From: Takakia lepidozioides
Lineage: Eukaryota; Plantae; Bryophyta
Reading direction: 5' to 3'
DNA: 64,000 nucleotides
NCBI GenBank assembly: GCA_030704615.1
Contig: CM060733.1
Coordinates: forward strand, 4,278,001 to 4,342,000
Every line of letters starts with the position of its first letter. The stretch's first letter is position 1. Below the pieces are notes generated by a model. The model worked only from the letters and a program-made list of their open reading frames with translations, did no database searches and was not told where the DNA came from. Both the position numbers and the translations under genes were made by a program. This document shows, in pieces, positions 1 to 11,859 of this stretch.

Positions 1-29
1 ATCCACAATTTAATAGAACAAAATCCAAA

Positions 30-495
30 AAGTTATATCTTCTAGTGGGTGACCTTGCTCAATTACCTCTAATATGTATACAAAAAAATAAAAGTCATTC
101 GTTAAATTGTATGTGTCATATTTCATGTTCTCCTGTGTATCAATCAGCCCACAAACATATTCATACTTCTGCAATTCGACATTCATCTGATTTAGAATAC
201 TTATATTTTTTAAATATTATGAGAAATAAAAAACCCCTTGAGTCAGAAATACATGATACATTAAATTCTTGCTATATACAACCCGAGACTATAGAGCTTC
301 AAGATTGGTTATACGATTCAAAATGGCATGAAATTTCTGAGATATGCATTGGTGCAAAAGTAATGTTAACTCAAAATATTAATTTATACTGCCAACGGTT
401 CAATTGGAACAGTTACACAAATTCAAGCAACATCAAATCCCCAAACAATTACATCAATATTAGTACTCCTACATAATTCTGGCAATAGTATACCA
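30..495 (+). pseudogene. PIF1-family helicase fragment (central motifs), probably Helitron-derived
   Basis: LLVGDLAQLP and GAKVMLTQNIN; after a frameshift ANGSIGTV. These are PIF1/RecD helicase motifs. AT-rich and truncated. Confidence 0.8.
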
Positions 496-499
496 GTGT

Positions 500-725
500 C
501 TAATTATTATTATTATTATTTTGTGAAACCTGGGAGCGACTGCTCACAATTCAGGCCCATGAGGAGGGGAAAATTTAACCCCCTTCCAGATAAGCCATTA
601 GGCACACAGGTGGGAAACGTCACCACCAGACCAACCGGTCACGAACAATCCACACACCAGGCATGACAATGGGTTTGAACCCCAAACCACTAGGGCGACA
701 CACTGTGCACTTATTTAAATGACAT
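500..725 (-). mobile_element. tRNA-derived SINE-like element
   Basis: Minus strand has B-box-like GGGGTTCAAACCC and ends in an (AAT)n tail. Its 3' segment ggcctgaattgtgagcagtcgctcccagg recurs in opposite orientation at about 985-1013. Confidence 0.55.
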
Positions 726-910
726 CTAGATGTAACTCTTGAAAGACATACGTCCCGGTGAAAATGCTTCTTTTATTGATATCATTACATTTGAAGATAT
801 TGTTGCACCTTGAGACTTGTGACCAGTCATGACATATGCTAATGTCAATGGAAAAGTTGTTTTAGTATATTTAATTCCATTTTGATGTATATATGCATAT
901 AATAAACATT
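726..910 (-). pseudogene. PIF1-family helicase C-terminal fragment, inverted relative to the upstream fragment
   Basis: FPLTLAYVMTGHKSQGATIS...AFSPG, helicase motifs V-VI. Confidence 0.85.
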
Positions 911-1159
911 TATTATCTATTCTCCTCTCACCATCAAAGGGATTGAATAAACCTTTATTATGCACTATCCTCTCACTATCAAATGGCCTGATTTGTGAGC
1001 TGTCGCTCCCAGGTGTTTTCTTTAAATTTTATTATTTAAAAATTAAAACAATTGAAATTATTTTATTATTTATTTAAATTAAATAAATTTAACTTTATTT
1101 TTAAAAAAAAAAAAAAAAAAAACACTTATCTATGTTTTCATTTTTAAGAGACCTTTCGG

Positions 1160-1290
1160 CACTTGAGCAGGTAGCCCAATGGTTGGGTGTTTATGTCTGC
1201 CTGTGCATAGCCTAGGTGATCCAGGGTTCAATCCTTCAACGTGTGCCTTCAGACCTCCTCGATGGCCTGTGTGTTGAGAAGTAGGCTTTG
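1160..1290 (+). mobile_element. tRNA-derived SINE head
   Basis: A-box-like GTAGCCCAATGG and B-box-like GGTTCAATCC; no full cloverleaf. Confidence 0.45.
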
Positions 1291-1949
1291 TAAATTCTCT
1301 GGACGTTAAAGAAACTTTACCTTTATCTTTATCTTTTCCCATAATTATTTTACAGATAATCCTTGTTACAGGTAGGATCCCTTACTCTTACCTGGACCTT
1401 ATCAAGGGAATCTTGTATATTCTTCCCGGACCTAGGCTTTATCCTGGGTTTGGGAATGGTAGCGACAAGCATACGATTTCTAACGGGCCAGGACCCGAGG
1501 TAACCCCCTGGGACTTTCCTCCGGACACTCCCTTGTGGTGCACAATAGTGCCCCCGTTTTGGACCATGGAGACCGGTTTACGGTTTGCTACAACTTCACA
1601 GTTTACCTTTCACACAGTGCCGTGGTTTCCCATGATCTCGTGCTATGGCGTCGGGAGACCTTGAGTATTGGAGATTCATGCCGTTTCGGGCATGCGCGAA
1701 CTGCACTAGTGGGTTGGCCCATCATGAACTTTCATGGCGCAGGTGGTCAATCCGAAAAGGGTCTTCCCATGAAAACGGTTACATTTCACTTCCTGCGGGG
1801 TTGTCCCGGGATGGGAGACCGCGTGATCTAGGCTAGTTGATAGCTCTGTCTGCCGTAAGCTGTCTGTCGCTAGGGTCGTAGTAATTTCCAATTAGGGAAA
1901 GGTAAGAAAAGGGCGCCCCCATTACCAAAGGTCCAAACCGATTGACCAG

Positions 1950-2450
1950 CGATTATTCCGTAACCAGACGGAGTCCCTTAGTAATACAAGCAGCATCCCA
2001 TGCTTGTAGGTCTTTTCCGGATTTCTTAGGCCAGGTGATACATTTTTGTATGTCACTTTGAGCAGCTTTGATGGACACATAAGAGAACCGTCGACAGACT
2101 TCATCAGTGCTTGCATACTGACAAACCTTAGACATGGCATGTGCGAAGCAATTTCTTAATGTGCAGATTTTGCAGCTGCATCGCCATGGCCTGTCCAGCA
2201 GTATGATTTACTTCAAATAAACCAATTGTCACATGCCTAGGTTCCTATTCGGAGGATAGAAAATTAACGACAACAGTAAAAATATCATGTGCACCTTTGG
2301 ACATCCATAAGTCGAAGGTGATTGTTGTTGTGATACATGACGGCAATATTGGAATGACATACTTTTCTCTAGTTTTGTCAACAACACTGATCATCTTGGA
2401 AACACAACGCTTGGACACAAGCCCAATGCCAACCTTTGCAGCCACACTGA
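1950..2450 (-). mobile_element. hAT-family transposase remnant
   Basis: TITFDLWMSKGAHDIFTVVVNFL..EPRHVTIGLFE (first catalytic Asp region) and CQYASTDEVC..YVSIKAAQSDIQKCITWPKKSGK; stops and an internal deletion. Confidence 0.75.
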
Positions 2451-2774
2451 TTATACTGTCCTCAACGGCAAGTATTGTTTAATCACAAACAAAAGAAGAT
2501 TATGAAGGAAAGACTTCTGTGTGGGTGCATCATTTTTGAAAAGGTCTATTGGAGTTGGGACGGGACTAGGACCTGCCACATTGAGGATTAGTGGGCGATG
2601 GGGAGTTGTGGAACCTAATCAAAGCCTAAAAGAATCATGGTTGATTGGGTTTCATGAGGGTTCATATCCCTTAGAATTTTATTTCCCGATAATAGGATTG
2701 TCAAAGCGAAATTAGAGTGGTGCAACAAATCCACTTGTGAGGATGTCCCAATATAAAAAATGAAAGAATCATGT

Positions 2775-4140
2775 TTTGTTCGCTTCCGGAATAAAGGACG
2801 GCCACACCCCTCCCTCCCGCTAGGATTTATTCATGACTAAAAAAGGCGTCCGTGTCGTAAATCAACTAACTAAGGGCGGGGGGCCCCACGAACCCTACCA
2901 TCCGGGCGAGGGGGGACATCCTTCATGAAGAATTGGCGGTCCATACTTTCTAAGTTTGGGGTGGTCCCATTGTGAATCTGGTCCCTGACTATCCAGATTT
3001 TATATTGTGGTTGCAAATGCTCCGAATGATTTCCTTAGTCAGCCAGACGATCTGACTCTTCGGGGATATTGAGCGAAGTACTTTTTAAAAGTAATACGGG
3101 ACAGCCCCTATTACGCCAAAAATTAATGCCACAAAAGAAACCTTGACATCCGGCACGCCCTCCATCAGCTCCATCACCAATTGACCATATTTGTCTGTTT
3201 TGTCCCGTCCCGAGCCCCAAATCTTTGTGTCCATTACCGCTGATATCTCCCATACATAAAGTTCGCGATCAAGCCCCATCTTGAACTCGAACATGATATC
3301 CGGTTCCCTTGTCCCGATAATCTCAGGGTGGAGTCTGAAGTTATTGGCAATCTCTCCCCATGAATTCTTTGGGATCTACATTTTGAACTCTTTCAGTTCG
3401 CCTCTCCCCGCCTTGAGCTGCAGCCATGTCCCGATTTCGCGTACCACCTTGTCATGCCTTTTGGTTCCGAGCCCTGTTAGAAGAGGATGTTTGCATGAGC
3501 AAATTAAATGCTTTCCCATTTCCCTGCATCATCTCCGACTGATAGGCGGGAGGCAAAGTTGGCACACCGGGCTCTCAAGTTCGTGATCCTCCGAATTCCT
3601 AAGAACTATCACCATCCTGGATTTGGTGGGCAACGTGTTGAATGCAATTTCCAACATGGTAGTGTATTCTGGGATTGAAAGCATGGGTATACGCATCCAA
3701 CTCCGACTGCCCGGGGCATGGAATCTCTCATAATACCAAATGTTGGCAGCCTTGATATTCATGAGGGCTAATTCGTCTAGCCTCTGCCTAGCTTCGACAA
3801 TGTGCCATTTTAGGTCTGCTTTTGTCTTGATGAGGTGGAGATTATTGGGTCCATTCTGCAGGGACCCAAAAATTTCTGCTGCATTTGTGATCCTCACCCC
3901 CAACTCCCTGCAGGCCCCCGCCACATCGGCAATGTAGGTCCTCCCCGTTTTCCTTCCGGTTCCCTCAAGTTTGTATCGCCTCTTGTCAGTCACTCCGAAG
4001 CTCCAATCTCCTATCGTGGGCTCCCTCCCTCGTGGCTCATCATCCTCGTCATTGTACTCCCCACCCCAATTTAGGAAGAGTTTGCCTCTTGTGTCCGTTA
4101 TGCCTTTGTCATCGAGCGCGAGAGTGAACCTGGGTGAAAG
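2775..4140 (-). mobile_element. 5'-truncated non-LTR retrotransposon with CCHC knuckle and restriction-like endonuclease (R2/R4/NeSL/CRE group), degenerate
   Basis: One minus frame with two internal stops: SWMRIPMLSIPEYTTMLEIAFNTLPTKSR - CQLC...KHLICSC...TKRHDKVV - REPDIMFEFK..VWEIS..KTDKY..L...VALIFGVIGAVP. AATAAA lies downstream at about 2824-2829 (minus). Confidence 0.8.
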
Positions 4141-4824
4141 GTAAAATATTAGCATTTACCCAATCCTTAGGGCATGTCATGATTTTTTTGTTGGGTGATG
4201 GAATCCAAGTCAATAGCTTGTTGACTGTCATTATGATTTTCTACCCACAATAACATTCATTCCCTTGCTCATTGAATTGTACTTTAAGCAAATCTCAAAG
4301 TAATAAATAATGGAGGTGCTATTGCGGTTTACTAGGTGCTACCTTGCACATGTGCCTATATTTTGTTCTTACATTTTTGGGATTGAATATCAGTTTTTAA
4401 GCATTGATTATTATGCTCAAGTCATATTTTGAAATATATTAATTTTTTTATTTTTTATTATTAAGATCTGTTTGGGTTAATGGGTATGTTACCAATTTAT
4501 CTGAAACCCTTACATACATTTCTATTTATTTTACCCTTATCCTATCTAAACCTAGTTAATTAACCATTGAAGGTCAATTCCCTTGAATTCACTTCCAGAG
4601 GAGCTACCAAATATATTACTTAATTTTGGTTGAAATATTTGGCACCAATAGAATGACTGTCAATTCAATAAAGAATGGATTTAGCAACTTGCTTCGCGTT
4701 ACAAGAATGGAACCTGAGATGGCTGCAGAGCAGGGAAGAAGAGACAGGCCAGGTGCATTGAACATTGGCAGCGCCCACGTGCACGGATGTCCGCGGCCCT
4801 GCACGAGTACCGGTTGTTCCCGCA

Positions 4825-4965
4825 TGCCAATGACAGCCCCCCTCACCACTTACCACTCACTACTTACCACTCACTAGTCAGTACCCGGGCACAGCCATGA
4901 CAGACCCCCTCACCACTCACTAGTTACCAATCACTACCCCAGCCTAGTATGGCCATGACAGCCTG
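4825..4965. repeat. short imperfect tandem repeat (ccatgacagccccctcaccactcactagttacc-like units)
   Basis: Three partial units, each starting atgacag. Confidence 0.6.
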
Positions 4966-5276
4966 ACTATACCTCAAATATCAGGTATTGTTAGGGGCCA
5001 ATCAAAGGAGTAGTCTGGCTACATCTCACATACTAGGCATGAACTTGAATTAACACGTAACATACCCAAAAGATTGACCGTCCTAAACTATTAAGTACCT
5101 TTTTGGATATATTTATTTTTTATATCTTCCATCGAGATATATTGCTTTGCATATGCACTAACCATTCAAAATAATAATCAAATGTAATTCATCCATAAGA
5201 ATGATGTCTTCATTCATATACATAGTTTGTCATTTGTATGAAATACTTTAAAGTAAATCAAGTATAATCAGAAGTC

Positions 5277-6778
5277 CTATTTATCATCCTCATCACCTGA
5301 TGTGTACCACCATGGTTCATTTTTTGAAGAGTATTTTAAAGCAACTTTCCTATTCACGATATTTCTAGTTCTAGTCAACACTTGCTTTTTGTTTAGTAAA
5401 GCAACCCCTAATTTGAAACTAGAGCATGTAACACTCGCACTCTCTAATGTACCATATGCAAGTTTTTTTTATCGAATGAATATAGAAGATGCGTCTGTTG
5501 TCTCAAACTTGTACATCAATTGATTCACCAAAAAATCTCCCTCTCTGGGTGATCCCCGCTTTGTCCAATAAATAATTGAGAACTCATCATCAGCAGTATC
5601 CACATGCGTTGGAATCTCAGTTGATTTCGTCATATGCAATTGGTGCACAGGAACTTTGCACCCTGGTAAACCAATCCTAATAAATTTTGCAGATTGTATT
5701 TGAGCTTCAAACAATTTGGGAATAAATAATGGATATTTCTTTTGAAATCCCCTCCAAATATTACTTGCAATTGCACCGCCCAAATCACAAAAATGACACT
5801 TCTTCTGCGTTTGTAACTTGACCGCTTGTATACCTATCCGTGTTTTCAGCTGTATTTGTAGAATATGTGTACCCATGGCTTTTTGACTCACCATGTCCCC
5901 GTCTTGTGTCTGTTCCACTCCGTCCTCTGTAAGGTGCTAAAAGAAAATAAGAGTGCATTTCCAGATCGTAAAACACGAACATCTGTCGTTCCCAACAAAT
6001 TCCGTAAGTACATTAAATGTACCTCATCTTCTCCAAAATCTCCAAACTCCTTCACATGGGAATCTTCACACCATATATCATTTCCATCAAATACCACAAT
6101 AGATGACGTGGTGGTCGGATATGCTTTTGAGATAAGAGCCTTCCACGTATCCTTTGACTCTGTATGTGACCAGTATAGAGAAACGCATTTCCCATATTTA
6201 GGAATAGTATTGTATACTCATATCTTGTTTGGTAATCCTAGCTTCCTGATTAACTCAACTAAACCAATAGATCCTCTAGTAACTATACATTTCACTACTA
6301 TGTGATCTACATCTGTATGAAGAGATTTCTGAAAAAACATTTGGGAATTCACTTGTACTGCTAACGGGTATATCACTAACTAATAAACATCTACAAAAAA
6401 CTCTTCTGAAGGAATCAAATGAAGATGGCCATGGAGAGGGTAAACAACTTAGACATCTGTTCTTAACAGAGAAACACATCTCTTGCATAATTTATGGCTT
6501 CTAATCCATAATAGTACACGTTCCAAAAACACTGTTCCTTCTGAGTTTTTATTGAAAAGCTTGTAAATGGTTTTATCACTCAATGTTTTTGGACAAGGTA
6601 AAATATTTTATATGCAATGTTTCCCACGACAGCTTGGATTACAACACCCAGCAATTCCCGGAAATTCATATTCTAGCCTGATAGTACCCAATTCTTCATC
6701 GTATTGACCGCTCAAAAGTGTAATGTAACGTTTACGAATTCGTTTTCTTTTGCTAGATGTACTTGTTATATCTTCCAT
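5277..6778 (-). pseudogene. TET/JBP-like 2OG-Fe(II) dioxygenase pseudogene with Cys-rich N-terminus
   Basis: ATG at 6778, long frame with scattered stops and a frameshift near 5900. C-terminal QLHMTKSTEIPTHVDTADDEFSIIYW..GDF..YKF..SIFIR*KKLAYGT..KLGVAL gives HxD, degenerate HxT (CAT>TAT) and a basic 2OG-binding strand. Confidence 0.65.
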
Positions 6779-7818
6779 AGTTTTCACATGCCCTCTTCAC
6801 CTACAATCTCAAAAACATGACACTAACAAGAATAAGATAGATTTAAAAAACAATGCTCTATATTCACATGTCCTACATTTATAAAAATTTATTAGTTTAT
6901 CATTTATATTTTAATCATCTTTTTAGTTATTTTTAGTTACCATCTTTTTAATCATCACCTAAATTAAAATTATTAAAAGTTAAGTTATCAAAGTTATATA
7001 TTTTATGAACTAAATTAGTACATGTTTACTATTCAAAATAATAATAAAATATTCTAAATTTAACCGTTACTTTATTGCTACATGCAACCAAACATAGGCT
7101 TGTTATTCCACTTAAGTTTAGAAGTGGTCTGGCATCTTTCTATGTTATGGCATTTTTTTTACTTTAAAGTAATTTTTTCTATCTGTTTATTTTTTTTCTT
7201 TTGTGTAGGGTAGGGGACTTGGACTGGCCCATACCCAGAACAACGAGACGATAGCCAGGTGTCGTGCGCAAATTTTGGGGACGGCCCGGTCCGAGTGCCT
7301 AAACCCGACCGGATGCAAAGAAACAACAAAACATTCTTTTGCGCTCAAATTGAATGTGATGGACGGTTCAGATTGGAATCAATTTTTTTTATTGGCAATT
7401 TTCGCCAGTTTTCGACCTCAAAAAATAAAATGGAATATTATGTCAAAATCCCATTTTTTCACGGATGAAATTTCTAATTTTCTCCAAATAAAAAGTAAAT
7501 TATGGATGAATTTACCAAATATTGATGATATATATGGATTATGCTACAAAGGTGGATGACTTTCAGTGGATGAAGAGAATGTACTGCTATTTTCTGCAAA
7601 ACTCTGTTGCCACTCGTGCTGTTTTCCAAATTTCTTAGAAAAAACATTGATTGGAATTGAGAAAAAGAAAAAGATGACATACAGGTGACTTTGGAAAGAG
7701 AATTTTGATCGAAACCTTACAAACCGTAAAGTGCATGGAGAGCTTACGCGTAAGAGCCGTCCACATAAACTAAGAAATTTTTGCCATGTATGGTGTCCAT
7801 TTGCACCTTGATAAAAAC

Positions 7819-8485
7819 CAGTGTTGGACCTATATATAGGTCCAGCCCAGGTATCAATACTGATAGACCATACCCGGCTGGTAGGTAGGGTGGCCAATAC
7901 CCAGGCAATACATATCTTGCTCTATACTATGGTATATACCATACCTGTCTGCATTGGACAAGATTGGTATTGATACCAATATTGCTGCTATGTGAGCCTC
8001 CAAAGACACAGTAGGTGTATGTGTGGAGTCAGGGCAAGGGAATGCAAGGGCATTCATGGCATTTATGGCATCTGCTTTATACTCAATGTGCAATGTGCAA
8101 AAATACAGGTATGGTGTGGTGTATTTTTACAATGTGCAATGTGTGTGTGAGCAATGTATTTTTGTATGTGCATTGTGCTGTAATTGTGATCCATTGTGAA
8201 GGTCAATTCTTTTTCTCAGGTTATTGAATATTTTCTTGAATATACTAAATATCTCATATATATATACCCGGGCAATATTCATACTCCCCCAATATGAGAT
8301 GGAAAAAAATAAATATTGATACCCTACTGATATACATCCACAATTTTACGTTATTGATACCCCTCCTATACCCTACACAGCCCCTTTACCCTAATACCAG
8401 GACCATACCAGTATTAGGAAATGTGGGCCCTTGTGATACCAGGACCAGTCTGGTATCATATTTTTGTGATACCAGTCCAACATTG
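7819..8485. mobile_element. non-autonomous hAT element (MITE)
   Basis: TIRs cagtgttggac / gtccaacattg; 8-bp TSD ataaaaac (7811-7818) / gtaaaaac (8486-8493); many gatacc/ggtatc subterminal repeats. Confidence 0.85.
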
Positions 8486-10068
8486 GTAAAAACCAATCGT
8501 CCATTTTTCTTTCTTCCATGAGATTCGTATGTGAGAACTTGGAAATCCAAATAGTGAAAACTGAGGCTGGTGGATGGTCTGCATTTTCTCATTTTCTTTG
8601 AAACCTATTTATGACCTGATTTTTCCAGCCATAATCCCAAAGACTTAGTAGTGACAAACAATTTTCTTTTAGAGCTTGAACAATTGTTTTTCTTAAAAAA
8701 TGTCAAATTTGACAAAAAAAAAATTACGGAAGTAGCTTTGTGGTGGACAGTGCAATAGCAGTCTCATATCCATCATGCCATGAAAGGGTATGAATGTAAC
8801 CAGTGTTGGCAAAGTTATCACATCATGTTTATAGTACAAACAGGTCTGAGTACTTCAAAGTTATTGGATTAAAGTTATTGGTGGTTATAGGTTATAAGGA
8901 CATGTGCATTGCTAAGGGAGGTTGGGTAGCATGTGCGCAGGCTCAAGCTTCCGTGAGTAGCTCATGCGAGGATATACCAAAAATTCCAAGAATATTCTTA
9001 GAAGATACTTAGGCGAAACTAAAATGTGCTCATGCCATATGAAATACGATTTTTTTAAAAATGTGTGCTTACGTGAGCACAAGCCATAGAGGTAGGGGCT
9101 TAGGGAATTTTTTTGTCAAGGTCAATTTCCTTGAACCAGGCCTTGTGATTAGTTGTTGTGTTTTTACTTGCTTACCATCACCAGCACTATGATCATCGAC
9201 TTTTCTAAGCTCTTCCACGTCGTCAAACTTCATCAGCAACTCCCTGTGATGACAAATACAAGATATTAACAATAGTCTGAAGTACGATGCCTGAAATACA
9301 ATGTGCTATACAAGCAGCTCAATTACCACAAGTTGCAGCAATTCATGTTTTTTTCGACAAGTACGTCTCTATGAACTTAAGTACGCTATTCAAAAGCTTC
9401 TTTGTTAAAACTTAGGTTCCACACTAATGGACCATTTGTGTGCACTTTCTCCATGATAAAAGAACCCATGACACATTCTAAGAAAGCATGGCAATACTCT
9501 TCATCTCTATCGCATAGTTTGTAACCCTCATAGTAGTCGTCATCACTAGAATTACAACAAAACTGCCACTCAGTCAGTAGAAAAAGCTGTAGACTGTACA
9601 ACAACCTACTCGTGACAAACAAAATAGTAGTCACTTCAGAATCACATCATCATATATAATAATGGACAATTGAATGAGAGGAATATTCACTTCAGATCCA
9701 TGTTGGTACATGTTGTCATGTCTTTCGTCACATTTGTCATCTATCTATTCAACCACAAAGTTATAAATAATTCGTCACACATCTTACACTAGGTTAAGAA
9801 TCCTCCAATTGAAATCTATTGATTTTATTCATTTATCTATACTGAAAAGATTGTCTAAAATAGATGAATATGTTGTTACTTGTAGACCTATGAGTAACTT
9901 ACAAGTGTTTGCTCTCTCATAGCCGCTTTTGAATCTGAACCCTGATTACAAGAGTCTTCTGATTGGCGTGCCTTTAAAAGCTTAGTTGTAGGCACAATTT
10001 TATTTTCTGCAATATAGAGAACACAATTACGTGAGTAACAAGTGAGTGCATGGAACAATTAGAAATGA

Positions 10069-10252
10069 AATATATATATATATATATGACGCCTCCTGAA
10101 GGGAGCGTAACTTATAGTGTCACTTCACCACAAGGGCTACTGCCTTCCAGCTAAAAGGTGGACACCTTCATGACACACCAGACCGTTGTTTGAACCCACA
10201 ACCATATCCAATGTGATATGTGCCCATTATCACTTGGCTACATGCTGGTTGT
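10069..10252 (-). mobile_element. tRNA-derived SINE with (TA)n tail
   Basis: Minus strand: A-box GTAGCCAAGTG, B-box GGGTTCAAAC, shared gaaggtgtccacctt...ggaagg core, then (AT)n. Confidence 0.65.
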
Positions 10253-11298
10253 CTTAGAAATGAATTATTAACATTGACCTTAGTGCAAGACCGATTTTTA
10301 TTCAATCCTTAAATCCAATGTGACTTTTATGTTTCATTTCAAAATTGGAATCACTAGAACTACTAGATTTTAAATTATCTATCATATTGAAGAGAGTTCA
10401 TAAAAGTACTCCACATCCGGTTGTAATTTTCTTTTCGCTTTGCCTATTCAAAGGTAACTTCCTCATTGTTTGGCACAAGGCCATTAACACCATATTGTTC
10501 CACCCAAAATTAAATCAGGATGATATTCATGTCTTATCTCAATATGAACATTAAAATAAAATAAAATAAAAAATAGCACTCCACTTAGGAGGACAGTTTT
10601 ATTATCACTGACTATGCCTTCATGGTGTAACTCTGGGGTTTTAATTTTTTTCCTCTAAAATAAACTTAATAGATTTTCATGGCCACTGTCCTCTGATTGT
10701 TTTTTTTTTAAACATTAGATAATAATTATCAAACAAAAATCTATCACAAATTAGTAAATGATCATAATTTACATTAATTTATAAATTAGCATATTATACT
10801 CACAAATCATGAAGCAAATACTTAGATCCCAGCTTGACCAGTGTGTTGAATATAACATTCATCGGGATGTGAATGCCTGTTTCTTGCAGAAATCTTTTGA
10901 AACTCAGTAGTGCGCCTCCGATCTAAAATCGATCGCCACAATTTCTCCAACATATTTCTTGGTTTTTGGACCATTTTGTGTGTGAGGTCATAGCGGTGAC
11001 ATCGTAATATACTAAACATATATTTTTCTGCATATCTCACAAACCACTCACTACCGGAATCCTTCCTCATCACGGACACATGTCATGGATAACATTATGA
11101 TCTTGGTGGTTGAAGCTTTTGATCAGATCCAATCTTTTATAACCAAACGCTTTAAATGGATACGAAATCGCTTCTCTCCATTCTCCAAAGTAATGTCATC
11201 GACGCAAAACAATTTTCACAAAAATGGATGAGGGTGAAAGGGCTTCGTTGGTGCGGTCGTTGGCTTTGTTTTCTGCATTAGAAATAATTATAGTACCT

Positions 11299-11510
11299 TC
11301 AACCAGCCCTGTCTACTACAACTATCAAATCAACAGTAGAAAGAACGTTGATAGCTCCGGTTATCACAGCTAAGTAGAGGGAGACATCTGATTTAAAGCC
11401 CAAGGTTTGGAAGAGCACAGGTGCATAAAACATGATAGCATTGATGCATGTAAACTGCTGGAAGAAGTACTGGAGTAGGATAGAAATGATCAATTGAGGT
11501 CGGGTTCATC
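11299..11510 (-). pseudogene. isolated sugar transport protein (STP/MST, MFS) gene fragment
   Basis: [50 protein letters not shown] (STP TM7-8 signature); no other exons nearby. Confidence 0.85.
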
Positions 11511-11859
11511 TCTTTTCAAATGTTTATTGCATAGTAATTCACATGATCAATTACGAGTTAATCCTTCTCATGTACTTGGTCATGTTCCCAGTACTTCAGC
11601 TCTCATGGAATGGGACATACTCTGAAGTTGAGATTGATTGACCGCATAGCAGAATTGACCAGTGAACATTCAGTGTGAATAGTTTTTGGATTTCAATTGA
11701 GGAGTAACACCAGTTCATAGATCATATTTTTTTTTGTATCTAGAAAATGATGGTACCATAGGACACTTAAGCTGCTCCAAATTTCACTGTCATAACTGTC
11801 TCTCATAGATCTGAATTGGCATATGTTGTATATGTGGCCATTGCCGGTGTCTTTGCTTT

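Noticed and set aside
9069-9634. Short minus-strand ORFs
   Set aside because: No identifiable family; cannot support a call
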